Shown: positions 9,501 through 18,711 of the stretch, one piece after another
How the letters are laid out: the number at the start of each line of letters is the position of its first letter
Numbering within the stretch: the stretch's first letter is position 1
IMG/VR virus record: IMGVR_UViG_3300032170_000010
Location: 1-54,733 of that record
Reading direction: 5' to 3' (one strand)
DNA: 54,733 nucleotides
Source of the DNA: a virus
Lineage: Duplodnaviria; Caudoviricetes
Position numbers and translations under genes: made by a program
The notes under the pieces: model-generated
The model's database searches: none
Seen by the model: the letters and a program-made list of their open reading frames with translations, nothing else
What the model was told of the DNA's origin: nothing

Positions 9501-10185
9501 TTACTATATGAGAGGAACGGGCAGCACTTCTTGGCAGACCAACAGAGCCAGATGCAATTCAGTCAACTGGGAAGGATTTGATGTTCTCCTGAAAGCTTAT
9601 TGTTCGGCTGGATCAGACGGTCATCGGTTCTTCATGCGAGCAGACCATGCGGGGTACAATGTCCACAGTTACGGCATGTCCACCTCAGGTTTCTGGAGAG
9701 TAGGCGATGGTTCAGTCCTGGAGGGTCACGATACCTACCCTCCAGAAGTGCCAAAAGGTGCTTGGTATTGGATAAGACTCCAAATCTATACCTCAGGAGG
9801 TAATGTGATAGAGAGATGTAAATGGTGGCTGCCTGGTGATGACGAGCCAGGGAGCTGGCAGCAATCTTGGACTTGGTCTGGAGTTTGGAGAAGTTCGGGC
9901 TGCTTTAGTGTAGGAAGGCACACTGCCGATCCGGGAGAGCAGAACTGCTATGATAACATTCTCATCTCCCGCAAGGAAGGTATTCCTGATCCCCCGAACT
10001 GTTCTGTGACTTTCCGGTTCGCCACGTCTGACAATGGAACAGATTGGAGTGCTTGGACAAATGACATTACTGATTGCGCCGATTCAAGATACATCAAGGT
10101 TGAGGTAACCTTGGTGCGGGATGACCTAATATCAGCCATGCCGACGGTCGAGGACATGACGGTGGGATATTTCTTGAAAGGATAA
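6511..10185 (+). CDS. Large multidomain tail tip/fibre protein (Gly-rich region, ~19-aa repeats, hub-like middle, lectin-like C-terminal beta-sandwich)
   Basis: GGxGG tract; LEE(A/T)IAL(K/L)E repeats; FRDNSLEAWTIVGGTW...WYWIRLQI...CYDNILI; start codon uncertain (6472 or 6511). Confidence 0.7.
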   Translation: MNLIDRVILTHPFFHSIDAYLGKPKPIHLCWLFEKLGLPVPRYFVGWTDTGGGDHGGADWEPANGLNIAGNHTNIGAFNVLGGRTVYVQPWNGASYGTVEIHANTISIVGTLTASGKGFLGGNGGAGGNGGASSSGGANGIQGSVGNGLYGGAGGAKGNGGSFPGSCSFERRHGGVGAGGSIGGYAASGGQGDASTDESLLKGSGGGGAGGGGGGSAVFCSGEWCTTGAGGGGAGAGDRGGGWIKLYATTSINISGNVFAKGLDNSAGNGANGGNGTAGGSCSVFGPGGSGGNASASGNSNGGAGGTANFAISAGNGGAGGEGSWGAGGGILLKCTAADAISLSGSTFDNRGGNNATTNGGTIKIFWGGEPNGPPTGGATLHYGRLYTKNVNPVITLLETLALKESLPLIHRKPPALEESIALKDVSNIPLGPDIVFMEAIALKDVSNVPLGPDLILEETIGLAESLTEISRALLLEEAIALKETLPVIRREPPALEEAIALLESLPVIHRELPPLEEALALAESFVASEQTIVRATATAEFLAEQAKRTNQPAKRIWLYINSSLYDITDKFMSMGPIDRKMTYEPGKTKLLTISDQNLVMSNADRYFSDLNPDSPFYDRDYAGADQIKVYAGFIIPSTGYAEVLEKADTKLISIELATKEAKAFLTCQDSFREVADIYVGMPDADGTPNPLTYTSKSFKYIMDDLLINKAGISSAKVDIEDVSLTFSSISFEKKKIRDCVQKLSEVARGTIVVLGDGTVQFRRFVSEPTEVDLIMRSGENYSRLRYTGQDFLLKVNKVVVIGATGVYAEAEISGETGVTLKYENDAILTDAVAADVAAESLGRFAVHPMKVEVTGEYLPSLDLKSVVQVYEPSSMMAPKVFQVRELALDIVAHSTRMLLAAPGAAGRAKTWTTTADWESGTLVNLIVPEDDDRLELKRANLLGTGTFIFDAGEGLTANWIYFNSSKPNQNIYYRDDFRDNSLEAWTIVGGTWQGVNYYMRGTGSTSWQTNRARCNSVNWEGFDVLLKAYCSAGSDGHRFFMRADHAGYNVHSYGMSTSGFWRVGDGSVLEGHDTYPPEVPKGAWYWIRLQIYTSGGNVIERCKWWLPGDDEPGSWQQSWTWSGVWRSSGCFSVGRHTADPGEQNCYDNILISRKEGIPDPPNCSVTFRFATSDNGTDWSAWTNDITDCADSRYIKVEVTLVRDDLISAMPTVEDMTVGYFLKG

Positions 10186-10190
10186 AAAGA

Positions 10191-10337
10191 ATGATTTGGT
10201 TTTTCCTGGTAGTTTGCATTATTGGTGCAGTCGCTTGCATAGGACTGTTAAGCGTTGATTTCAGCAAGGCTTGGGGACTAGCCCAGTCCTTGAGACGAGC
10301 CGGAAATCGAAACCGGCCTCGCTCTATTAAGAAGTGA
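10191..10337 (+). CDS. Small single-TM peptide, homolog of 52906-53025
   Basis: MIWFFLVVCIIGAVACIGLLSVDFSKAWGLAQSL... vs MIWIALVFCIIGAVICFRLLFVDINKAWDLAELL. Confidence 0.65.
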   Translation: MIWFFLVVCIIGAVACIGLLSVDFSKAWGLAQSLRRAGNRNRPRSIKK

Positions 10338-10348
10338 CTTACTTAATC

Positions 10349-10362
10349 AGCTCTTTGAAAAT
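10349..10362 (+). promoter_or_regulatory. boxA-like antitermination site
   Basis: AGCTCTTTGAAAAT, identical at 53024-53037; resembles rrn boxA G(C/T)TCTTTGAAAA. Confidence 0.5.
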
Positions 10363-11001
10363 TCAGCCGCCGAACCTGTAGCCCATTCCTATGGCGACAA
10401 AGACACCAGACCAGTCGGTAGAACAGGACTCAATGCACCTATAGGTTGGATACTTGGCTTTTGCCGAAAGATACTTGGCCTCACCAGAAAAAAACAATCC
10501 ATCTTTGAGCCTATATTCTGCTCCTGCAAGCAACTGAAAACCAGTAGGAGAGTCTTTTTCCTGCATTCCCTTGTAGATGTTGGATGTTATTTTGAGTTCA
10601 GAGGAGAAGCTCCCTACGCCTACCCCAAGATAGGGATGAAGCTGGCCTTCTGTGGGAACCCGATAAACAAGACTTAGAAGAATAGGTGAGGTAGAGGTCT
10701 CAAATGAGTATACCTTTCTATGCTGACGATAGTCTGCTATTCCCTTGAAACTGAAGGTATCGAGCACTAGACTCCAATTCCCAAAGTCATATCCCACTGC
10801 AAAAGCTCCTCCAGTGCCAGATTTTAATACCTTTGGGGTTTCATAGTAGGGCTTAACCTTATCTAGTCCCTCTCCGAGATCCCCGTAGTTTGGCGAGTAG
10901 TAAAATCCCATCCCTTTTATCCAGAGGGATGCCTGAATTACTGAGCATAAACTCAGAAGCAATATTACAGTTAGCACCAGCGATGCGAGAATTTTAAGCA
11001 T
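10363..11001 (-). CDS. OmpW/OmpA-like outer-membrane beta-barrel protein (moron), copy 1
   Basis: Signal peptide, PYLGVGVG, GFQLLAGAEY, GEAKY, C-terminal GMGYRF beta-signal; own promoter and RBS. Confidence 0.8.
   Translation of the reverse strand: MLKILASLVLTVILLLSLCSVIQASLWIKGMGFYYSPNYGDLGEGLDKVKPYYETPKVLKSGTGGAFAVGYDFGNWSLVLDTFSFKGIADYRQHRKVYSFETSTSPILLSLVYRVPTEGQLHPYLGVGVGSFSSELKITSNIYKGMQEKDSPTGFQLLAGAEYRLKDGLFFSGEAKYLSAKAKYPTYRCIESCSTDWSGVFVAIGMGYRFGG
10405..10850. repeat. 446-bp perfect direct repeat, left copy (right copy 53101-53546)
   Basis: Base-by-base identical by eye at an offset of 42,696; similarity decays on both sides. Confidence 0.95.
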
Positions 11002-11029
11002 TTTTTACCTCCTTTTATTATTAGAGGAC

Positions 11030-11057
11030 ACTATAGCATATTTTCAGCATTTGTCAA
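11030..11057 (-). promoter_or_regulatory. Sigma70-type promoter of OMP copy 1
   Basis: TTGACA-16-TATAGT with extended -10 TG. Confidence 0.8.
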
Positions 11058-11070
11058 GGAGAAAATAATT

Positions 11071-12804
11071 ATGAATTGGCCCAGTTATAGACAAGCATTG
11101 TTTCGAGGAGTAAATGAACAAGTAGATGATTTTCTTATTGCTAACGAGGAATCATCGTCTTGTAAAAATTGTCGTTTAGACGAAACTGGCTCTTTGAGGT
11201 CAAGGAATGGTAGAGCAACGAGAAATACTGTTGCTATCATTGGCACCCCGAATGTCCTAGCTCTACATAGATTTCGTATGAGTGGTGGCACTAACAAATT
11301 CTTAGCCTATGCAGGTATGAATATTTGGCTGGGGGATGAAGATTCCCCTTATAATTTTACCTCAATTAAATCTGGGTTAACTAACAATACTAAATGGAGA
11401 TTTCTAACTTTCAAGGATAAGGTCTTTGGTGTAAACGGAAGCAATACCAACTTCAAATACGATGGAACCAATGAACTTGATATGGGAGTAGAGACACCAG
11501 GTAAACCCACTGTTGCACTGGGGAGTGGTGATGGTCTGGATGGTGATTACTACTATAAAATAAGTTATCAGGTCGATAGTTATTCAGAGGGTAATGCGTC
11601 AGTAGCATCTGATTTAATACAACCAGAGACTCAGGCAGTTACCGTTTCTCGTCCTGCTGGCTACGAGGAAGATGTGACTCACTGGATTATCTATCGCACC
11701 AAAGCGAGTGGCTCAATCTATTACAAAGTAGCTACGGTAGCCATAGGCACAGCGACTTATTCAGACACAATAGCTGACGACTCACTGGACACAGGAACAA
11801 TCGCACCAACGGATAATGGAGCGCCAGCAGTAAATGCTGATTTCATTGCTCTTCATCATCGCTATATATTTTTGGTTGATAAAGATACCTCAAGACTATA
11901 TTTTTCTGTGCAGGATTACCCTGAAAAGTTCCCAGCAGCATACTATTTTGATGTAAATCCTAAAGATGGTGAGAATATCAATGGGATTATGCCAGTCCTG
12001 GGAGGTCTTTGGATATTCAAGAAAAATGCAATCTACTTTTTGGGTGGCAACGATGATACCGATTTTGGGATACCTTCTAATAAGTTCAGTAATTATGGTT
12101 GTTATGCTCCAGATACTCTGGTTAATTGCTCGTTGGCTGGCAAGCACGTGATACTTTATCTTCATAAAACTGGAATAAGGGGCTGGGATGGAACAAATTC
12201 TGATTTAATATCAGCTAAAATTCAGCCGACAATTGATACTATACTGGATGATTATATTGATAAAGCGTGTGCTTGTTTGAAGGGTGAGGAATACTGGATT
12301 AGTTTTTGCACCTCTGGAACTTCAAACAATGAAACCTGGATATTTAACTTGAGGACTGGGGACTGGAGAAAGTATGATTATGGTATGAATGCTATGTGTG
12401 TCTGGCCAGACGCTAGACTATTCTCAGGACAAAATAGTGGTTGGGTTTATCAAGAAGATACAGGAACGCAGGATATTACCAGTGATATCTCCTGGGAATA
12501 CTATACCAAGAATTATAGTTTTCCTCACGAGATGGGCAATCTCAATAGATACAGGGAGATGATTTTGTGGACATCTCTAGCTACTGATGATTTATCAATT
12601 CAATTTACCGTAGATAATGATGCCACTAATAAACGATGGACAAAGACACTCTCGTCCATAGGTTCAACCTTAGTTAAAAAAAGATTTTCTTTACCGCAAT
12701 ATCTAGCTGGAGAACTTATGAAAATAAAGTTTTCTTCCAGTGGAAAAAATCAGGCTGAAATTAGACAGCTTGAACTAAGAAGACAGCCAATACTAAGGAG
12801 GTAA
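11071..12804 (+). CDS. Podovirus tail nozzle / tubular protein B-like
   Basis: F.GVN, NCRLDETGSLRSRNG, RLYFS..DYPEKF, DGENING, LWIFKKNAIY, YGCYAP beta-propeller pattern. Confidence 0.75.
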   Translation: MNWPSYRQALFRGVNEQVDDFLIANEESSSCKNCRLDETGSLRSRNGRATRNTVAIIGTPNVLALHRFRMSGGTNKFLAYAGMNIWLGDEDSPYNFTSIKSGLTNNTKWRFLTFKDKVFGVNGSNTNFKYDGTNELDMGVETPGKPTVALGSGDGLDGDYYYKISYQVDSYSEGNASVASDLIQPETQAVTVSRPAGYEEDVTHWIIYRTKASGSIYYKVATVAIGTATYSDTIADDSLDTGTIAPTDNGAPAVNADFIALHHRYIFLVDKDTSRLYFSVQDYPEKFPAAYYFDVNPKDGENINGIMPVLGGLWIFKKNAIYFLGGNDDTDFGIPSNKFSNYGCYAPDTLVNCSLAGKHVILYLHKTGIRGWDGTNSDLISAKIQPTIDTILDDYIDKACACLKGEEYWISFCTSGTSNNETWIFNLRTGDWRKYDYGMNAMCVWPDARLFSGQNSGWVYQEDTGTQDITSDISWEYYTKNYSFPHEMGNLNRYREMILWTSLATDDLSIQFTVDNDATNKRWTKTLSSIGSTLVKKRFSLPQYLAGELMKIKFSSSGKNQAEIRQLELRRQPILRR

Positions 12805-12806
12805 AA

Positions 12807-13700
12807 ATGGCTCTAGTAGATATAATAAAGCAAGCGTTTGAGGAAGCTGGACAGCCACTTCCTCCACCACCAGAACCATCCGGTGGTTTGGTTGACATTA
12901 TAAAAGGCTGGGAAGTTCCGAAAATGATGCCTCCTCCATCCCTTAAAGAACTTGGACCGTATGTTCAAGAACTTATAACACAGCCAGAGGCGACACAACC
13001 TTTCCTTATGCCCGCAGAAGGCGGGGGATATACCGTTAATGTTCCTTCCCCATATCAGCCGTTGACTCCCGAAGAGAGAATTCCAACAGAAATAGAGATG
13101 GGAGAGTTTCCACTTTATACTGCTTACGAAAGCCCTCTTTTAGCACAAACGGGTGAGGAAATTATGAAGATGCTACGAGGGGAAGGAGTGGGAATACCAG
13201 AGGAGGCATTACAATGGCAAAAGGCTATGGGAAGAATCACCGAGGCTGGAAGGGGTGCTCAAGAAGCAGTAACCAAACTGGCTTCAAGACAGGGCAGAAT
13301 GGATTCAGGTTTATATGCTACCCAGCAAATTCAGGTAGTCGAAGAGGTCTTACAACAGCGGGTAGCCACAGCGGAAGCCTTTGCTATTAGAACTAGCGAG
13401 ATGGAACAAGAAGCGAAGAGAGACGCTATTGGTGCCGCTATGGGTTACGTTGGCTTTGAGGCAGGCGAGGCTTTCAAGGTTCAACAAGTAGCCTATCAAA
13501 AATGGTCAGCGGCTTTAGGATTAAAGGTGAGGGCTAGTGACCAAGCCTATGATTGGAAAAAGACTCAGGCTCTCTGGGAACAACAGCTTGAACAAATTAA
13601 AGCTGGTGCAGAGGCAGCAGCCCCAGGATTCTGGGATTACTTTACCAGCATTGTAGGCAACTTTATGGGTGGATTAGCCGAAGGTCTTTTTCCAGATTAA
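12807..13700 (+). CDS. Putative internal virion (ejection) protein
   Basis: LASRQGRMDSG motif, helical, Gly-rich hydrophobic C-terminus; follows the nozzle. Confidence 0.55.
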   Translation: MALVDIIKQAFEEAGQPLPPPPEPSGGLVDIIKGWEVPKMMPPPSLKELGPYVQELITQPEATQPFLMPAEGGGYTVNVPSPYQPLTPEERIPTEIEMGEFPLYTAYESPLLAQTGEEIMKMLRGEGVGIPEEALQWQKAMGRITEAGRGAQEAVTKLASRQGRMDSGLYATQQIQVVEEVLQQRVATAEAFAIRTSEMEQEAKRDAIGAAMGYVGFEAGEAFKVQQVAYQKWSAALGLKVRASDQAYDWKKTQALWEQQLEQIKAGAEAAAPGFWDYFTSIVGNFMGGLAEGLFPD

Positions 13701-13727
13701 CAAATAAAAAATTAAGGAGGTAATTAA

Positions 13728-14924
13728 ATGCCTAATGGAACAAGAAGAGGATGGATGGGAGTAGAGGCTTTAGGAGGATTAGGAGGAGTATTAGGAGGAC
13801 TTGCTGGTCAGAGATGGGGAATGGGTGGACAACCATCAACACAAGGCCAACAACTAGCTAAGGCAGCTAAAAGCGAGGGAACGGAAACTAGAGTAACTAA
13901 ATGGTTTGAAGAAGTTATGTTTCTTTCTCCAGAGGAAAGAATGGCCAGACTCGAAATGGATCCCTCGATTAAGAACTGGCCTCGTGGATATGCCTACGCA
14001 CAGTGGTTAGCTCAGAATATGCCAGTGCAGCAATTAGGGGCAGCGGTTGAGCAGATGAGAACTATACCCGGGGGAGGCCCAGCCTTGGAAAGTCTTACTG
14101 AGATTCTGGGAGGTAAGGGTGCAGGCGTTCTTCCTATGGGAAAAATGACTCCAGAGGCAGGCAGACCATTCTATGAAAAGGCAACACGGCCAATTACCAC
14201 AAGATTTGGGCGTGTGGGAGAACAAGCTGCTGAAGAGTTATATAAGGGATACCCAAGAGAAAAGCCCTTAACAATGGAGGAAATCTGGAAAGGAGAAGCA
14301 GAAGAAGCAAAAGAATTGCCTGGTGCGGCAAGATGGTGGAGAGAAACGAGACCAGAGCGAATGATGACGTTAGTAAGAAATGAGGCTTTTGCATCGGCAA
14401 AAGATGAATTAGGCGAATTCGGTTCACAGTGGATTGAGGCTAGAATAAAGAAGTTAGGAGTTCCAGAGTGGATACAGGGTTTAACTGATGAGGAAAAACA
14501 AGGTTGGGGTTTAGTGGAAGATCCAAAGACTGGGACTTATAGTTTTACAGATGTAGGCGTATCACCTGATATTCAAGCAGCATTCCACGATATGATGGTT
14601 ATGGATGCTCCTACATTAGATGAATTTACTGAAGCTCAGCGTAGAGAGATAAGAGTAGTTGCACAGGGGAAGCGGGCTTTAACTGCAATGGCAGGGCCTG
14701 AAACTGTCCCCGAATGGTTACAGCCCTTTATAGAAAGACCTATGGCTAATATGACTAAAACTGAACAGATGATTTATGCAGTAGCTCTTCTTCATGATAT
14801 GCCCAAGAGACAAGTGCGGATGATAATAGATTTGATTTCTCGTCCAACGCTACAAAAGATAACTGAATTAGCAGAAGAACAAAGAGTTAAGCCGACTGGA
14901 ATTAAATGGCCTTGGTCAAAATAA
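13728..14924 (+). CDS. Putative internal virion (ejection) protein
   Basis: Gly-rich N-terminus LGGLGGVLGGLAG; synteny. Confidence 0.5.
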   Translation: MPNGTRRGWMGVEALGGLGGVLGGLAGQRWGMGGQPSTQGQQLAKAAKSEGTETRVTKWFEEVMFLSPEERMARLEMDPSIKNWPRGYAYAQWLAQNMPVQQLGAAVEQMRTIPGGGPALESLTEILGGKGAGVLPMGKMTPEAGRPFYEKATRPITTRFGRVGEQAAEELYKGYPREKPLTMEEIWKGEAEEAKELPGAARWWRETRPERMMTLVRNEAFASAKDELGEFGSQWIEARIKKLGVPEWIQGLTDEEKQGWGLVEDPKTGTYSFTDVGVSPDIQAAFHDMMVMDAPTLDEFTEAQRREIRVVAQGKRALTAMAGPETVPEWLQPFIERPMANMTKTEQMIYAVALLHDMPKRQVRMIIDLISRPTLQKITELAEEQRVKPTGIKWPWSK

Positions 14925-14939
14925 AAGCAGGAGTTCGAT

Positions 14940-17900
14940 GTGATTGATGAAATCGAGGATATATTAGCTAAGAAAACGGAATATCCCAAGTTTGGTTTAC
15001 CACAGGATTTATTACAGGATATGGATAGAATATTGGGTGGTAAGGAACCTCCAAGAGAAAAGAAACCTAGTTGGTGGGAAAGAATTAAAGCTCATTGGCC
15101 CACACCAGAAGAAACACAACGACTAAGAGAAGAGACGCTTTATCCTGGTCAAAGATTTGAGCATCTAGCTGGAGAGATAGAGCTAGGACATCCCATACCT
15201 CAAGATGATATTGATTATATAGACCGTTATTTAGCTCGACAAAATCTTCGTCCTCCAGGTTTCACCCTAGAACAGTGGCTTCAACAGCCAGAGTCTATAC
15301 GAAGGGGTTATAACTACGCTGTAATGGGAATGATTATTTTTGGTGTGCTATCTCCCATTCTTGCCCATTCTAGTTTTGGGCCAATGGCAAAACGAGCCCT
15401 TCTTAAAGTTTATCGTGGGAAGTTACCCGAAAGAATTCCGTCTCCTAAGCCCCGTATGGTAAAAGAACCCGCCTTGGTAAAGCCTCCCGTAAGAATAACA
15501 GCTCCTACCAAAATTGTTGAGACCGCCATTGAACAATTAAAACAAAGCGTTGCCCAGGTGAAAATTGTTAAGACGGAACCATTTAGAGGAAAACTAGAGG
15601 GGGCTATTTATAAAGCAATAGAACGAGCGGTGCCTGGTATAAAAAAAGCTAGAGTAGAAGCGGGGATTCGAGCCTTGATTGACAGGCATCTTATAGGTGC
15701 TCCTATTGAAGTTAGTCCTCGATTTGCCAAAGCGACAATAGATTCTGTATTTAATGATTTTCCTCGTATGCTTGAGCAGGCTAGAGTTTATGGGGAAATA
15801 TCACCTGCTCTATTTAGAAGAGAAGTGGTTACTCCAGAAGAAGAAATTGTAGAAAGGGAGATGGCGAAGCCGCTTGTTCCATTAGAGGAATATATTGGTC
15901 CTGAAGTAGCACCGAAAGTACCAGCGGAAGCAGTAGAGGGTGAACTTCAAGGAATGTTCAGCGAACTTATAGAAGCTGAACCCGGTAAAAGGATAAGAAC
16001 TGAAACTGGAGAATGGATGGCACAACCATCCACTTATCCTCAATGGATGAGAGACTATAAAATAAGTAAGAAAGATGCTCTTGAAGCCTATAGGACAAAG
16101 AAAGGAATAACGTGGCAGCGAATACAGGATGTGGCAAGAGACAGAGTTGAGTATGGCTATGTATCACCTGCATTAGGTAGAATTCCTCCTTATATGGAAC
16201 AAGAAATAAATATGGGTGGTGGACCAGCTTTAGGAATGGGAATTGAATTAACCAAGAAAGAGTTGTTCACTGAACCCAAAGAAAAGAATCCTCTCGGTAA
16301 AGCTGTAGATAGAGTAACAGGTTGGTTCTCTGTTTATTCCAGAGTAAAAAAGGAAAATCCTGAAGCCTATGTGATGTTCAGGCATTTTAAGGGTGGACAG
16401 GAAGTAGCTTGGATAAATGCTAATCAGGTAAATAGGGGGATATGGGGAAAAATAAGTTTAAAAGATGCTACTGCTATACAGAGATACAGGCAAATTGAGG
16501 AAGTAACACTAGAATCTCTACCAGAAAGACTTAGACCCATAGCTTTAAGATTGGATGCGGAGATAGAGAGTCGGAAAGAAGCACTTATCGCTAGGCGTAA
16601 GATGGAGGTTGGCTGGCCCGAATCTTACATAAATCAATTAAACAGAGAAAGAGAAAAACTTACCAACGAAATTCCCCTCCTTAAATTAAAGAAAGCAATT
16701 GTGAAGAGACAGGATAGAATTGAGGAAATTGATGAATTGGTGGAAGTGCTGCAACATCGTAGATTTTTCCCTGGTATGTATCAACAAACATCCGAGACGC
16801 AACCACAAATAATCAAACTCTTACCAGAGGGAAGGTGGCGAAGTTCTCAGCTAAGAAGTAAATGGAGAAAAGGAAAATTCATTCCTGACATAGACACTGC
16901 TGTTAAATGGGGACTACATCCTGCCGATCCCAGAGCTGCTATGCTTGATTATCTTTACTGGGATGAGCTAGAGAAAAATAAATGGGTACTCTTCCAGGGA
17001 ATAAAAGATGACGCTAACTTAGCTCTTCTGGAAAGAAACGCTCCTGAGTGGTGGAATACAGTTGCTATCAAAGAACTCAAGGGATACAAAGTTAATCCAT
17101 TAATTACTGAGATACTAGAAGAGTTTGCTGCTTCAGGGACAATAAGTCCTATGAACCTACCCAATGCTTATATGAAGCTCGCCAGATATGGAAAGATAGC
17201 TTCCTTTTATAATCCCATAATTATGGGTGGAATCTATGACCCACAGCAAGGTTACTTAGCGGCTGGCATACCTGTATTAAATCCAATTCGCTACACAAAA
17301 GCATTAATAGGCAATTTAAAGCAGGATGAATTTTACAAGCAGTGTGCAGCGGCAGACCTTTATCCCAAACCTGTTGATTTGGGACCCCAAAGAAATATGG
17401 ATGATTTGGTTCTTTCTGCTGCTAAACAGATGGATGAATCTTGTTCTGATTTTACGAGATTCGTTGAAAAAGCGACTGATGGAAAGTGGAATTTTAAAGG
17501 TGGAGAGAATACTAAGAATATGATTAAAGCACTAAGTGGCTTATATAGTGCTGAATGGAATATGACCTGGACACTTGATGCTACTTCTCGCAGAGTTACA
17601 GTTGAAGTGCTTATGGCAAGAGGTTGGAAATTTGAGGATGCAGTTGAGAGAGCTAGATTTTATCACGCAGATTATGGTGATATTCCCAGTGCAACTAGGC
17701 GATTCTTAAATCAGGCTATGTGGACGCCATCTTATCAAATATCTATGGCTAAGGTCTATGGTAATCTTGCTCGTCATCCCATTAAAGAGAAAGGCCCCTT
17801 GACTCGACTTATTGCTTTCTGGCTATTAGCAGGAACTGGAGCAGCTATTCTAGGTTATAGATGGCAAGAAGGCTATAGATTTGTTAAGGAAACAGAGAGA

Positions 17901-18440
17901 GGCGAAGAGGTTATAACTGGTAGTGGCCCGTTATTCTTCTTACATAAATACTTAGCTAGAAATCCTGTGCAGAGTGCATATTATCAGTCTGCCATTCCTA
18001 TTCATATTGTCTGGTCCCTTGCTCGAAATAGAGACTGGAAGGGTGACAGAATTTATGAGGAAACAGATAGTAAAGAAATGCAACTCGCCAAGGGAGCAGG
18101 TTACATTATTCGCACTTACTTTAGACCACTGGAAGCTATGGCTAGAATGACTAATCAGGATGAGGATTTGCTAAATAGACTGTTAGCTATACCTGCTGTT
18201 TCTAAATACACGAGACTACCAAGAAGGGAATATATGAAATACTTACTTGGTGAAGAAACAGCAGAATACCGAAGTTGGGTCAGAAGACATCCTGAAGCAC
18301 CACCATACGAAAGAGAAAAACGAGCAAAGGTAATGAGAAGAGAAATGGATAAAATATTAGCTGGGCCAAAACAGGAAATCTGGCAGAAGATGCCCGTTGA
18401 TATTATTAACTGGGTTCTAGGACGAGTGCATAGTAAATAA
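14940..18440 (+). CDS. Large internal virion/ejection protein (1166 aa)
   Basis: Size, position, A..FHADYG..P motif and late hydrophobic segment typical of large podovirus ejection proteins. Confidence 0.55.
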   Translation: MIDEIEDILAKKTEYPKFGLPQDLLQDMDRILGGKEPPREKKPSWWERIKAHWPTPEETQRLREETLYPGQRFEHLAGEIELGHPIPQDDIDYIDRYLARQNLRPPGFTLEQWLQQPESIRRGYNYAVMGMIIFGVLSPILAHSSFGPMAKRALLKVYRGKLPERIPSPKPRMVKEPALVKPPVRITAPTKIVETAIEQLKQSVAQVKIVKTEPFRGKLEGAIYKAIERAVPGIKKARVEAGIRALIDRHLIGAPIEVSPRFAKATIDSVFNDFPRMLEQARVYGEISPALFRREVVTPEEEIVEREMAKPLVPLEEYIGPEVAPKVPAEAVEGELQGMFSELIEAEPGKRIRTETGEWMAQPSTYPQWMRDYKISKKDALEAYRTKKGITWQRIQDVARDRVEYGYVSPALGRIPPYMEQEINMGGGPALGMGIELTKKELFTEPKEKNPLGKAVDRVTGWFSVYSRVKKENPEAYVMFRHFKGGQEVAWINANQVNRGIWGKISLKDATAIQRYRQIEEVTLESLPERLRPIALRLDAEIESRKEALIARRKMEVGWPESYINQLNREREKLTNEIPLLKLKKAIVKRQDRIEEIDELVEVLQHRRFFPGMYQQTSETQPQIIKLLPEGRWRSSQLRSKWRKGKFIPDIDTAVKWGLHPADPRAAMLDYLYWDELEKNKWVLFQGIKDDANLALLERNAPEWWNTVAIKELKGYKVNPLITEILEEFAASGTISPMNLPNAYMKLARYGKIASFYNPIIMGGIYDPQQGYLAAGIPVLNPIRYTKALIGNLKQDEFYKQCAAADLYPKPVDLGPQRNMDDLVLSAAKQMDESCSDFTRFVEKATDGKWNFKGGENTKNMIKALSGLYSAEWNMTWTLDATSRRVTVEVLMARGWKFEDAVERARFYHADYGDIPSATRRFLNQAMWTPSYQISMAKVYGNLARHPIKEKGPLTRLIAFWLLAGTGAAILGYRWQEGYRFVKETERGEEVITGSGPLFFLHKYLARNPVQSAYYQSAIPIHIVWSLARNRDWKGDRIYEETDSKEMQLAKGAGYIIRTYFRPLEAMARMTNQDEDLLNRLLAIPAVSKYTRLPRREYMKYLLGEETAEYRSWVRRHPEAPPYEREKRAKVMRREMDKILAGPKQEIWQKMPVDIINWVLGRVHSK

Positions 18441-18441
18441 A

Positions 18442-18648
18442 TTACTTTAGTAGGGGAAGAGTAATTTTTAAATCCTTGAACGCTTCCTTGAATTTTCGAT
18501 AATACTGTTGTGCGGCCTCTTGTTCTCTACGCTGTTCAGCTTGTTTAATCAAAGGAACAATGAGAATGGGTTTAAGGAACGATAAGACCAGAACGCTAGC
18601 GATAATACTGAGAACCACTTTAATATAAAGGTCTATACTTAGTGACAT
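18442..18648 (-). CDS. Small single-TM moron protein
   Basis: MSLSIDLYIKVVLSIIASVLVLSFLKP...; AGGAGG RBS and own promoter. Confidence 0.6.
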   Translation of the reverse strand: MSLSIDLYIKVVLSIIASVLVLSFLKPILIVPLIKQAEQRREQEAAQQYYRKFKEAFKDLKITLPLLK

Positions 18649-18671
18649 TTTTTTCCTCCTTTCGGTGAAAG

Positions 18672-18699
18672 TGTATAGCATAATTTCAGAATTTGTCAA
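18672..18699 (-). promoter_or_regulatory. Sigma70-type promoter
   Basis: TTGACA-16-TATACA, same TATGCTATA context as the OMP promoter. Confidence 0.75.
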
Positions 18700-18711
18700 G
18701 GGGTAAATTAA

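Larger units (their letters stand above)
1..10404 (+). mobile_element. Phage A, left part: siphovirus-type head-tail and tail morphogenesis module
   Basis: Colinear adaptor, HK97-gp10-like, terminator, tail tube, TMP-like, Dit-like and tail-tip genes; codon usage visibly more C/G-ending than in phage B. Confidence 0.8.

Noticed and set aside
1-10400. Phage A as a tailocin or gene transfer agent
   Set aside because: Head-tail joining genes are present and the upstream context is outside the window, so it cannot be supported
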